61,954 nt of DNA from IMG/VR virus record IMGVR_UViG_3300037840_000222, positions 1 to 61,954 of that record. The stretch is one strand, 5' to 3'. How positions within the stretch are numbered: the first letter of the stretch is position 1; each line of letters starts with the position of its first letter. This DNA comes from a virus (lineage: Duplodnaviria > Caudoviricetes). The translations under genes were made by a program, and so were the position numbers. The notes under the pieces were generated by a model that did not search any database, was not told the origin of the DNA, and worked only from the letters and a program-made list of their open reading frames with translations. Shown here piece after piece: positions 48,715-59,595 of this stretch.

Positions 48715-49265
48715 TGGCTAACTCCTATAATTCTCTTCCAATTCGAATCGATACTACTTTCGTAAGTTGGGAGGCATCGCAGACTCTTAATACCGGAACC
48801 CTGCCATCTACTCTGCAAAATCCTGGACCTATAAATGCTCAATGGGGTTTGCAAATATATCAGATGCTATGGAAAGCTCCGGGAGCTTCAGCTAGTTTTA
48901 CTGTTACTGATCCCGATGATGGAACGGTTTTGTTTAATAGTATAACTCCTGCCGCCTTTGTCGGGGCCGATCCTTATTGGTTCTTTCAAGCACCTTTGCA
49001 GTGGAGAGATTTTAGCGTCACCATAAGTGCTGGTACTCTTCATATTTGGTATAGGAGTTAAAATGGCTGATGGAATTTATTTCACACCTGCTGAACAGGC
49101 TATAGTAGATTTATTGGAACAAACGCAAATAGAACTGCGCGGAATTAGGTTGGCCCTTATTCATATGGCAACACAAGATGGTAAGGCAGTTCCTGATGAT
49201 TTTGATATAACTTCTCCTATTAATATATCAGAAGTTACACAACAACTTGAATAAAGGAATTTAAT

Positions 49266-49946
49266 ATGCTATTTGTAGGAACTGTAGGGCAACAGCAATT
49301 TTCTGACGGTACTCCCCAGTCCGTTCGTCTTGGTAGACAGGCAGATTTGGATGTGTCGGAACTTCATGGCCGGTTTTATGAACAGACTTTTCGCGGAAAT
49401 ATTTTTTCCACTGGAATGTCGATAACGTCGATTAATAATGCTACTTTTACAACGGGTACTTTGGGGGCTACTTGTACTCCTATTCTTGGTGTATGGAACC
49501 CTTCTAGCTCTGGGGTTAACCTTAGTATTTTGCAGGCTTCTTTATCGTGCGCTTTAACGGCGCTAACTGCTACTGGCGGGGCTCCTTTTGTGTGGGCAAC
49601 CTCTGTGGGTAATACCGCTGTTTCCAGCGGTAACGCACCGTTTAGTCGTAAGACTCTTCAGGGTGCTGGTTCTCAGGCTAAAGCGTTCAACTGTTCTCCT
49701 GCTTTGACCGGACTTACAAATAACTTGGCAGTTCAGTTTGGATCGATTATTGCGGTGGGTCAGCCATATAATATCTCTGAGGTTGCAACCGCTGCCGGGT
49801 TCATGACTTCCGCTAGCTCTGATATCGAAAGTTTTGATGGAAGTTTTATCGTTCCTCCAGGCGGTGTAGCTGCTTTGTTGGCTACAACTACCCCAGTAGC
49901 GCATAGTGTGGCAGGATACTTACTCTGGGAAGAGAACCCCGCCTAA
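49266..49946 (+). CDS. putative virion structural protein
   Basis: Thr/Ser/Gly/Ala-rich; part of a run of similar genes at 48.7-53.5 kb. Confidence 0.55.
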   Translation: MLFVGTVGQQQFSDGTPQSVRLGRQADLDVSELHGRFYEQTFRGNIFSTGMSITSINNATFTTGTLGATCTPILGVWNPSSSGVNLSILQASLSCALTALTATGGAPFVWATSVGNTAVSSGNAPFSRKTLQGAGSQAKAFNCSPALTGLTNNLAVQFGSIIAVGQPYNISEVATAAGFMTSASSDIESFDGSFIVPPGGVAALLATTTPVAHSVAGYLLWEENPA

Positions 49947-50293
49947 GTAGGAGAATAAATGCTAACATATTCAGCATACATTGCTCCTGGTGTTTTTGTA
50001 GATCGTTCTGGAAAGATCACTACTGGCGGGACTTCGCAAACAGCGATTCCCGCCAATGGTAATCGACGCAGATTGATTATTCAGAATCCAGCTACAGCAG
50101 GTAGTCAGGGTATCGGTACCGCAGAAAATCTTTTTGTAAATTTTACTCTTGGTGCGAGCGGTACAGCGGGATCAAGCATAGAACTACTTCCCGGCGGATC
50201 ATATGATACAGATAGCGGTCCTTGTACAACGGAGCAAATAAATATAGTGGCTGCAACCACTAATCATCAGTATCTTGCGAAAGAGATGACGTA

Positions 50294-50833
50294 GTGTCTA
50301 TATTTAATCCAACTGCTGCTACCGAATCTAGTGTAACCATCAGTGTGGTTCCTGTTACTGTAAACGCCAACACAACCGGCGATCAGAGTCTTTCTTCATC
50401 CACAATTACAGCCGGTCTATTAAACTCGGTTGGTAAGACACTTAGGTTGTTTGCGGCTGGTGTATACAGTACTCCGGTTGCTTCAACAGCAACCATAACC
50501 ATAAAAGTTAAACTTGGGTCAGTAACTCTTTTTAGTGCAACGTCTAGCGCCAATCCTGGTACGGTAACTAACAATTCATGGAATGCAAACGTCTATGTAA
50601 CGACTCAGACAGCGGGTGTTAGCGCGGTATTTGAGTGTCACGGTAATATGGTTATCGACCTAGGGGCATCTCCTGGTCTACCAGATTCAACTTTCAGTGA
50701 CACTAACATTGCCGTATCTAGTGCAGTTGACTCTACCGCTTCTCAGACTATGCAAGTTACTGTTGCATTTTCTGCGGCTAGTGGGAGTAATTCTTGCACA
50801 CAGCGTCAGTGGTTAATAGAAGCAGTTAATTAA
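50294..50833 (+). CDS. putative virion structural protein
   Basis: Ser/Thr/Ala/Val-rich, beta-rich composition. Confidence 0.5.
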   Translation: MSIFNPTAATESSVTISVVPVTVNANTTGDQSLSSSTITAGLLNSVGKTLRLFAAGVYSTPVASTATITIKVKLGSVTLFSATSSANPGTVTNNSWNANVYVTTQTAGVSAVFECHGNMVIDLGASPGLPDSTFSDTNIAVSSAVDSTASQTMQVTVAFSAASGSNSCTQRQWLIEAVN

Positions 50834-51245
50834 TATTTAAGATAGTCTGTACAAATATAAGGCCGGGTGAGTTCTATTTCAGAACCCCGGCTCAGACTTA
50901 AGGATTAAAATGGCTAAACGTGGTGAAAAGGCTATGGGCGGGAAGAAATCCGCCTCCAAGTCTAAAGGGAAGAAAAGCGGCAAACATGTTCACGAGATTG
51001 TGCTTCGTAGAGCGAAATCGGGAGAACTGTTGGCTAAACATCGGCACATGAGTAAGTCGGGTGAACCGGCTATGGAAGATGAGGAACACGTAGTCGCTCC
51101 TGGCTCATTAGACGACCATGTGGAACAGCATATGCCTATGCAGCAAGAAGAACAAGCCCCGGCTCCTGCCGGTGCCCAACCTAACCCAATGGGTGGCGGG
51201 GCAATGATGGGTGGAATGTAATTCCATTAATGGAATCGAGATAGC

Positions 51246-51425
51246 ATGGCGCGATCAGCGGCGGGACGAATTCTAGGCTCCAAAACACGCAAGAGAACCA
51301 AAATTAAGAAAGTTATGCGGGAGTTTAAGAGAGGGTCTTTGAAATCTTCTTCCGGACAAAAGGTTACTAATCCTAAGCAGGGTATCGCTATAGCACTCTC
51401 TGAAGCTGGTCTCTCTAAGAAATAA
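51246..51425 (+). CDS. DUF6496-like small basic protein (59 aa, below the track cut-off)
   Basis: KIKKVMREFKRGSLKSSSGQKVTNPKQGIAIALSEAG. Confidence 0.75.
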   Translation: MARSAAGRILGSKTRKRTKIKKVMREFKRGSLKSSSGQKVTNPKQGIAIALSEAGLSKK

Positions 51426-51921
51426 TGTCAGAACCCAATATCTTTTTATATACCGGGAAACAAATAGAAACTTCTTTCACTGACGGCATGTATCGTGCTG
51501 CGGTAGAAGGGAACAATTTTTGTAGTGGCAACCTTAAAGGGTTGATAGATGCTATCAGTTTCTTTCATTCCATCTATGTTACGACTGACCCAGTTATCGT
51601 TCCTGAGAAACCTCTTGTCCAAAAATTGGGCGAGATACTGGCGGGAAACAGTTCGCTAGAAGACAAACAAAGAGCGTTCTTCCAGATGGAATCTCTGGCG
51701 ATACAGGGAAATCAGATAGCTTCCCGTACCGTGGCTGAAATCAAAACCAAGCCTGTATCGTTCGGTGCAGCTTGTGTTGTCCGTTGGGCGGGTAAAAAAG
51801 ATTTAGCGGAAGTAACATCAGTAGAGATTTCATCGTTGGTGGCGGATGTAGTTCATAGGGCTGAGTTGCTCAAAGAGCTGTCCAACCGAATCAGTTTACC
51901 AAGTTTCATGGCGAGGGAATA

Positions 51922-52581
51922 ATGTTAGGTAATGTTAATCCTTTAGCCCCGATCACGGTGGGTAGCGGCTTTATCGTGACCGTAAATTCCGCGATTGTTC
52001 TTATCAACGGAATCCCGACCACCATAGCATCGACGGTCGTTTCTCTTACCCCCGCAGCCACTAACTATGTTTATGTAAATTCTAGCGGCGTGGTGGTTGT
52101 TAATACCAGCGGATTCCCTGTTGGCGTTCTTCCTGTTTCCACCATCACCTGTAGCGCAACCAGTATTACAAGTATCGTTGATAGTCGATCTGATTTTTCT
52201 TTATCTGGCAGTACCGCAGCTACCAACGCTTCTGTTACTATTAACATTGATGGCGCGGGGTCTGTTCCTTCAACCGGAGTTCATGCTAGATTGTCTGTTC
52301 CCGTAGCCTGTACTGTTAAAGGATGGATACTGGTAGCAGACGTGGCTGGCTCCGCTGTGATTGATGTTTTAAGAAGCACTTATGCTGCATTTCCTACAAC
52401 TGCCTCAATCGCTGGTACCGATAAGCCGACTTTGACCGCTGTTCAGAAAAATGAGAATCTTGGTCCTTTGACTTTGTGGGGGAGTACGGCTTTGGCTGTT
52501 GGGGATGTTTTAGAGTTCAATCTAAGCAGCGTAGCCACTTGTAAAGTTTTAAGTTTGACTTTGAACGTAAGTATACCATAA
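51922..52581 (+). CDS. putative virion fibre or decoration protein
   Basis: Beta-rich, Thr/Ser/Val-rich composition. Confidence 0.5.
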   Translation: MLGNVNPLAPITVGSGFIVTVNSAIVLINGIPTTIASTVVSLTPAATNYVYVNSSGVVVVNTSGFPVGVLPVSTITCSATSITSIVDSRSDFSLSGSTAATNASVTINIDGAGSVPSTGVHARLSVPVACTVKGWILVADVAGSAVIDVLRSTYAAFPTTASIAGTDKPTLTAVQKNENLGPLTLWGSTALAVGDVLEFNLSSVATCKVLSLTLNVSIP

Positions 52582-53279
52582 TGGCGATAACGTTTGTTCA
52601 ATTTAAAGATGCAGAAGATCAGGCGGCGGCTGGAACAATATCTGCTACCTTTACATCTGTTCCTGAGAGTGGAAATTGTGTCATAGTTGGGACATATGCT
52701 CAGGCTACAAACCCGGCTACAACTGTTACCGATGATATGGGAAATACGTATCACAAAGCCACTTCTCAAACTATAAATTCTGCGGATTTAGGAGTTGCGA
52801 CTACAGAGATTTGGTATGCGTGGAATATTTCTGTTGCAGGAACCCATACTATAACATTTACTTCTGGTGCAGGTCATAACAGTGGAATAATTATACATGA
52901 ATTTTCCGGTGTAAAAAAAGTAGCTGATCCGCTTGATGGTACTGGAGTTGGCGCTGACCAAACGACTCCTCCAGTTGATCAAACGTCTGTTACAGTAGTA
53001 GGGACGACTGACTTATTGTTTGGTTGGGGAATATCTGAATCTTTCAGAGGCTCTGTATTAAATCAAGGCGCTACTTTTACTAACGTAGTATCTGTTCTAA
53101 TAGATTCTGCTACTGGTTGGGATTCGACTTCCGAATATAAAATACTATTATCTAGCGGTGTAAAAACAGTAGATTGGGATAATTCGCAAGGCGGGTTGGC
53201 GTGGATAGCTTTAGGTGCTGGATTTTTACCCGCTCCACCGGTTACAAGCACTACACAAGTAATTAAATTCGGATTTTAA
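52581..53279 (+). CDS. putative virion fibre or adhesin-like protein
   Basis: MAITFVQ...VTDDMGNTY...EFSGV pattern seen in phage fibre modules. Confidence 0.5.
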   Translation: MAITFVQFKDAEDQAAAGTISATFTSVPESGNCVIVGTYAQATNPATTVTDDMGNTYHKATSQTINSADLGVATTEIWYAWNISVAGTHTITFTSGAGHNSGIIIHEFSGVKKVADPLDGTGVGADQTTPPVDQTSVTVVGTTDLLFGWGISESFRGSVLNQGATFTNVVSVLIDSATGWDSTSEYKILLSSGVKTVDWDNSQGGLAWIALGAGFLPAPPVTSTTQVIKFGF

Positions 53280-53644
53280 ATTAATAGAGGTTAAAATGGC
53301 GATTGATAATTTTATAACACCCCCTAATGGTGGATATTTACTTTTTTCTGATAACGGTAATTTTACTGTTTATAGTCTTCAGAACGGTTTTAACGTGTCT
53401 GTGGATACTGGTCGAGGTGGGCCTGATATATCTAATGTATATAGTGGTACCGATTCGGCTGCCGCGAAAAACGCAGAAGTTATCTAATGCGTACTGCCGC
53501 GAAACGTACCCTTGGTAATAAAAAGAAGATTAAGAAATCTTCTAAGAAGACCAAGATTAAACTAAAAATTAAAAGTAGCTCGCCTGAAGGCGTCGCTAAC
53601 GCGGTTTCTAAACTTGCTGGTACTCTGGGGAACATAAAGACTTA

Positions 53645-55678
53645 ATGATTGCGGACTTCAATGAACTCGTATCGATTCACGGAAGTCCGATCTCTATTCC
53701 AGATGAAGACCTTTATAGGTTTATAATCAGGGCTGATATTTGTAAGAACACCGTTAACCAGCACAAACTAGGGTTAGAGAAGTTTAAAAATCTCCCTCTA
53801 GTCTTTGAAGTTCGTAGGCGCTGCGAGCGCTCTCTTTGGTTTCTGGGAAAATATTTTCTTAGAGATACCGACGTTCACGCCGCTGGTCTTCCTGAAGATG
53901 AATTCTTTATCTGTGAACATGTTCATCGTCGTCTTTGTGATATGTTCATTGTTAAAGATAAAACCAAGTCTATCGGCGCTCAAGACCCGGATTTTAAAGA
54001 TCGTCTGATTCTTTATCCACGATATACGGGTAAGTCCGCTTGGGACAGATATGACACTGTTCAGTGGATGCTGAACTTTCCTGATATACGTATTCTATAT
54101 CTGACGGCGACCCAGCCTTTGGCTGAAGGGTTTGTAGCCGAAACTAAAGGCCACTTCGTAATTAACGAAGCCACCCCCAGCCTTATGAATCTTTATTTCC
54201 CTGAATATTGTTCTGAGGAAAAAGATTTAGGTGGAGCTAATCGGCTGGTCTGCCCTAATGCGGAGTGGGTTAAAAAGGGATTAGACAGAAAAGAACCTAC
54301 CGTTCTTGGTGGCTCGATTGATACCAACCTATCAGGTTGCCACTTTGAAGTGATGAAGGCCGATGACGCGGTATCAGACGAAAATAGCCAAAATGAAACT
54401 CAGTGTAAAAAAGTAACCGCTGATTATAATCTGAAACACAAGATGTTATCTCCGGTTGGATACGCCGATAAAATCGGTACCCGCTATGCCGATGAAGATA
54501 TGTATGGTGATGGGTTAAAGAAGAACGTTGGAACTAACATCAAACGGGAATCTGGCCCTAATTGGGACATAATCGAAAACCGAGATATTAGTTTTAAAAT
54601 CCTTATTGGCCGTAGTATTGTAATCAAACAAGAAGTTCGAGAGAAGTTAGAACGGGAAAACAAGCCCGTTACTTACGGTAACGCGGGAAAAGATGGCTGC
54701 TATATTCTCTTTCCCGAACACCATCCTTATGAATGGTGCATGTTCGAATACAGTAGGGATGAGATAATCTTTGAGGGTCAGCAGAATCAAAACCCTCGTA
54801 GCCGCGTTAACCCGATGTTTGATTTACCGTTGTTAATGCGGCATACGGTTCCGTTTAACGATAAAATAGTTCCTCAGACGGGGCCGATATCTCAGTTTTG
54901 GGATTTCGCCTATAGCACTAAGAAGGGTCGTGATTACTCTACCGGCTCTTGCGTTATATGGAACAATCAAAGACAGTGCGTAGTAATCGATCTTATACGG
55001 GCTAAGTTTAAACCATTAGACTTAGCTAAAGCAGTGGTAGACTTCGCTGTTAAATATAAGCCATATATAATCGGGGTTGAAAAATCCCCTGGTTCTGATT
55101 TCCTACAGTTTGCGATAAACGCAGAAGCCATGAAGACTAAAATCCCTCAAGTGATCGATGTATGCGGGAGAATAGATTGGGTTCCGATTAGCAATCAGAG
55201 AGATGCTAAGGATAATAGAATCCGAAGTCTCCATCCGATCATAGCTAGCGACATGATGTACTTTGTCGCTAATCTGCCACACAAAGATGTTTTGTACGAC
55301 GAGTTCGAGCGGTGCCTCAGTACCAATAACCATTCTACTCACGACGATATCCCTGATAATCTAAGCTATCAACCTAGATACGCTCCTGCGATGTTGGCTG
55401 CGATAATGATGCAGGAACAAGATAAATTTAGCAGGGCTGATGGTGCGTGGCAAAATGTATTCGATCCTAGTGGTGAGTTGTATGGCGAGTGGGGTTCCCA
55501 TGATATGCCGTCACCGTTTAAAGGTTTGATTCTCAGACAGGATGTAGACAATCAAGGGAACATAAACCTGCGATGGGTATCGGATCAGATAGAAAATCCA
55601 ATTGTTCAAGTTACGACTAATGACGAGTTTTATACAAGAGACGATAGCGGCTTAGACCCTGTTCTTGGCGCACTATAA
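53645..55678 (+). CDS. terL: terminase large subunit
   Basis: Walker A PRYTGKS, IGTRY coupling motif, nuclease WDFAY...DYS and HDDIPD. Confidence 0.9.
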   Translation: MIADFNELVSIHGSPISIPDEDLYRFIIRADICKNTVNQHKLGLEKFKNLPLVFEVRRRCERSLWFLGKYFLRDTDVHAAGLPEDEFFICEHVHRRLCDMFIVKDKTKSIGAQDPDFKDRLILYPRYTGKSAWDRYDTVQWMLNFPDIRILYLTATQPLAEGFVAETKGHFVINEATPSLMNLYFPEYCSEEKDLGGANRLVCPNAEWVKKGLDRKEPTVLGGSIDTNLSGCHFEVMKADDAVSDENSQNETQCKKVTADYNLKHKMLSPVGYADKIGTRYADEDMYGDGLKKNVGTNIKRESGPNWDIIENRDISFKILIGRSIVIKQEVREKLERENKPVTYGNAGKDGCYILFPEHHPYEWCMFEYSRDEIIFEGQQNQNPRSRVNPMFDLPLLMRHTVPFNDKIVPQTGPISQFWDFAYSTKKGRDYSTGSCVIWNNQRQCVVIDLIRAKFKPLDLAKAVVDFAVKYKPYIIGVEKSPGSDFLQFAINAEAMKTKIPQVIDVCGRIDWVPISNQRDAKDNRIRSLHPIIASDMMYFVANLPHKDVLYDEFERCLSTNNHSTHDDIPDNLSYQPRYAPAMLAAIMMQEQDKFSRADGAWQNVFDPSGELYGEWGSHDMPSPFKGLILRQDVDNQGNINLRWVSDQIENPIVQVTTNDEFYTRDDSGLDPVLGAL

Positions 55679-55693
55679 TTTAAAGGAATAAAT

Positions 55694-56332
55694 ATGGCCT
55701 TAAGTAAGAAATTTAATACTGGTCCAGAAGCCGTAGCTGGCAATGGCTCTAAGCTGAATCCGAAGAAACCCGATTATCGTTCGGCATCCGGATACTCGCC
55801 CGAAGAAGACGTTAACGCTGGTCCGCATGGTGGAAAGAAAGGTAAGGTTTCTCCTTTCCACGATCAGAACTCCGACAATTGGGCTGCTGAACATAACAAG
55901 TTGGTCGGTCAATCCGATTACCAAAAAGACCCGTATCGTGCGAAAGGTAGCGACTTCCCGGTTAAAGCCGTGGACGCCCGTACCGGACAATCTGGTTCTC
56001 ACGGAATGTCGTCCGGACATAACGAGTTGGTTATGCAGGGTATTGGTCTTGAAGGCGCTCGCCATGCCGAAGACGACGGCCCCATGACTCCGGTTCCCGG
56101 AGATAGAAGTAGGGTAGTAGCGTCCTATTTTCCAATTGAAGTCAGTAAGGGTGAAGGTAGTTCTGATACCGGCGAGATTGGCATTTCCGAAATGGTCGAT
56201 CTCGAATGCGGCTATATTGTTGGCGGCGATACTGGAGTGACTGACCGTGTTCCTGAATCGAAAGTAAGTGTCGGTAAACCACCTGCCCGTAATATGAAGG
56301 CTGGTATGGTTGGACAGCAACGTAAAGGTTAA
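55694..56332 (+). CDS. hypothetical Gly-rich, probably disordered protein
   Basis: 212-aa ORF with an AAGGA RBS. Confidence 0.6.
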   Translation: MALSKKFNTGPEAVAGNGSKLNPKKPDYRSASGYSPEEDVNAGPHGGKKGKVSPFHDQNSDNWAAEHNKLVGQSDYQKDPYRAKGSDFPVKAVDARTGQSGSHGMSSGHNELVMQGIGLEGARHAEDDGPMTPVPGDRSRVVASYFPIEVSKGEGSSDTGEIGISEMVDLECGYIVGGDTGVTDRVPESKVSVGKPPARNMKAGMVGQQRKG

Positions 56333-56640
56333 TAAGTTCGGGTATTGGAAGGCTCCCGGCTTTGCTGGCAAGGGATAAGGTGGTACGGCAGTACAACCTC
56401 CATTAAGCTATCTGTAGTGGACAGCGCCCGATAACTTTTTCCATTAATGGAATACTTTGAAACTGAGGAAATGTAGATGGGCTGGATGGAGGAAGTTAAA
56501 GCGAACGAGAAACACGGTCTTTTAAATTCCGTGACGGCTTTGATGCATCAGGAAAGTCGGGCTTCCGGCCAACCTGATCTAACAGTAGATCAGATTACTA
56601 AACTCCATCAATTTATTCAAGGTGATCGATCTGTTCTTTA

Positions 56641-57342
56641 ATGTTTACTATATACTGTATAACTAATACTATCAATGGTAAGAAGTATGTTGGTCAGACA
56701 TCTCGTAATATTAAACAGCGATGGTGGGAGCACCAGTCTACTGCTCGCTACGAAGATACCTTATTTTCTAGGGCGATTCGTAAATACGGTCAAGACGCCT
56801 TCGAAATAAAAGAGATAGATCGAACCGAAGACGAAGATGTAGCTTCTTATCGGGAAATGTTTTGGATAACAGTTTTAGGGACATACCGAGACTACGGTTA
56901 TAATAGTGATATTGGTGGTTCGGGTTACTACCAACCTAGCGAAGAGACTCTTCGGAAACGAAGTGAATCTTTGAAAAAGGGCTATGCCGAAGGGCGCGTT
57001 ACTTGGTGTACCCGTACTGATTTGGATGACAATAAGATTGCAGAGATGTATCTGAACGGTTTGAGCCAACGTGCGATAGCGGCTCAACTAAATACATCGA
57101 AAAGAACGATTGCGGTTAGGTTACATAAACTGAACGTACCGCAGCGGGATAAGATCGATCCTAACCGGGTAGGCTATATTTTTACTCCGGAGACTAGGCA
57201 GAAAATGCGAGATGCTAAACTTTCCGATCCTCTGACCGCCGAGCGGTGTCGTAAGATGACTAGAGAGCGGATAGAGAGGAGAATAGATGGCGGTTCTCGA
57301 TCCCCAAGTAATAGACCCGCACCGACCGATATTAGAGTCTGA
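56641..57342 (+). CDS. free-standing GIY-YIG homing endonuclease
   Basis: TIYCITNTINGKKYVGQT...R...H...E..WI...GYN; HTH/NUMOD-like C-terminus. Confidence 0.9.
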   Translation: MFTIYCITNTINGKKYVGQTSRNIKQRWWEHQSTARYEDTLFSRAIRKYGQDAFEIKEIDRTEDEDVASYREMFWITVLGTYRDYGYNSDIGGSGYYQPSEETLRKRSESLKKGYAEGRVTWCTRTDLDDNKIAEMYLNGLSQRAIAAQLNTSKRTIAVRLHKLNVPQRDKIDPNRVGYIFTPETRQKMRDAKLSDPLTAERCRKMTRERIERRIDGGSRSPSNRPAPTDIRV

Positions 57343-59595
57343 AGCTAAAGCGGCGTTGTCAGATGGGTTGTTTGAAGACGATCCAAGTTTAATATTGGTT
57401 TTAGCGGACACGTTAAAAGCCGAAGCATATGCTGGTACGAAGTCGTGGGTAAACTAAAGCTGCCCACTTTAAATTTCTCCTGATTAAGCTGAACCCTGTG
57501 ACGGGAACAGACTGCAAGCAACCGTATGGTGGGCAGCAGTAGAGACTGAGCGGAGAAACTCCTAACGGAGATGCGACAGTCCGGACTAACGGGAATCAAA
57601 CCGTTAGAGGTAGACAGAAATGATCTACCCTTTCCATTAATGGAATGTAACAAGTGAGCTTTCTGGCCGCAAGCCTCTGTTCTTTATCAATCCCCCTTCG
57701 AAGCTAAATACTGGGAAAACACTTTCGTACCCCGTGCTTCGATTCCTTTTTACACTCTAGCCACTGCGGTAAACAGCCTTGTTCCGAAAGTAATGCAAGG
57801 TCTGTTTTACGAGAATCCTCCTTTTCTGATTCAGAAAAGACCTAAGACTTCCGAGAAGGCTGCTCAAGCCATCGGAGCCATCATTGGGTATCAACTCGAA
57901 GATGAGGATATGGAGTTCCGTCGTGAAACAGAATTAGGCGTTCGTAATGCTATTCTATTTGGTACTGCGATTTGGAAGTGGGGATGGGAGATTTTCACTC
58001 GTGAAAAGAAAACCTATCAGCAGAAATCTGAACCCCTTAAAATCCCTAATCCTCTCAGCGGCTTGGGGCAGGACTCGATAGAGATTCACGGTGACGATGA
58101 CATTGAAGAAGTCATCGAAGAAGAATATATAGATAGACCGTTTTTTAATCACATCCCTAATCTTAGGGAAGTGTTGGTGGCTCCGACTCTCAGAATCCCC
58201 GACATCCGTAAGGCGAAGTATGTTATTCACCGGATGTTTCTCAATTTCAAAGATTTAGATAAACTGCGGGATCGTCCTGGTTATAAAATACCGTCAGAAG
58301 ACGAACTGATTAGTTTGTTCTTTCCCCCGAAGGAACAAGTAGAAACTCCTCTGGGAGAGATGGCAGCACGTAATCCCCTTTGGGATTTGAGGGCGCAGCC
58401 TCGTAACGAAGAAGATTCAGAAGACCCGTTTAGCAAACCATTAGAGGTTCTGGAACGGTGGGATAACGAAACTTGTATCGTCGTTCTCCAAAAGAAATTA
58501 GTTCTGTGTAATGATAAGAACCCTTATGGGAAGATTCCGTTTTTGTCTGTTAACTGGTGGGATATCCCCGAAGCATTTTATGGGATGGGTTTGGCAAAAA
58601 CAATCGGGCAGGAACAACGTCTTCAACAGGGTATTACGGGTACTTGGTTAGACAACGCATCTTTAAACCTTAACGGTGTTTATGTCCGTACACTCGGTAA
58701 AGGTCAGCAGTCTCAGTCTATCCGTATAATGCCGGGTAAAGTTGTTAACGTAGAGTTAGATGCTAACGGCAAAGGCGATTTCAAACCCCTAGAACGTTTA
58801 CCGGCTGTTCCCGAAGCGGCGGAACATATTGCGATGTCTCAGGCTCGTGTAGAGTTGAACAGCGGTGCTAACGAAGTTACTGCTCAGGGGATCGCAGGTA
58901 ACGCCGCCCACAGTAATATGGGTCGTACTGCGGCGGGTGCTAACTTGATTGGTGCTGGTGCTGATTCTCGCCCACAGGATTTTGTAGAAAAATTTGTATC
59001 TCAGGTCTTTATTCCATTCCTCTACGAAGTGCAGGAAATGGATAGACGACTGTTACCCAAAGAAACTATTAAGTACATTCTCGACGAAGAGTTGGAACAT
59101 GCTTATTTCTCTGAGGGCGGGTCTGTAACCGAACTGTTAAACGCTCGTATTAAATTCTCAGTACTGGCTGGGGCTAAGATGCAGGCGCGTAGACAAATGG
59201 CACAGGCGATGCCACTTCTCATACAATTATTGACGAACGAGCAAACTACTAAGCAATTGGGTATTCAGAAAAAGAAAGTTAACGTAGCTGCCATCCTTGA
59301 AGACTTCATCGAAGTATCAGGTTGGAAAGTTCGTAACGATTGGATTCAGGATATGACTCCTGAAGATGAAAAGCGGTATATGGCTCAGTCTCCCGCTGCC
59401 CAAGTCCAAGCTAAAGCCCAGGCTCAGGGTCAGTTACAGCAACAACAACATTCGAACAAACTAGAACTTATCGATCAGGAAAATTTGAGTCGTGCTGGTA
59501 GAGAAGTTTTAAGGCACACTATGGAGCAAGCAGAGACTCCGGAGGCAACGTTTGGTTCCCCGGCTAGCGGAGCAGGCTTTGGTGGATCATTTTAA
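57287..59595 (+). CDS. portal protein, spliced (exon 1 57287-57450, exon 2 57657-59595; about 700 aa)
   Basis: GAGGAG RBS + ATG at 57287; splicing gives ...TKSWV-AFWPQ... in frame with ORF 57793; portal-like FGTAIWKWGW and NPYGKIPF motifs; follows TerL. Confidence 0.85.
57451..57656 (+). ncRNA. group I self-splicing intron without an ORF, 206 nt
   Basis: P1 GTGGGT/GCCCAC with U.G at the 5' splice site; P7 GACTG/CAGTC; P10 AAAGCT/AGCTTT; terminal G; removal restores the frame. Confidence 0.9.

Noticed and set aside
56641-57342. GIY-YIG as an intron-encoded ORF
   Set aside because: The intron boundaries (57451-57656) lie wholly downstream, and I found no second intron core around the ORF.
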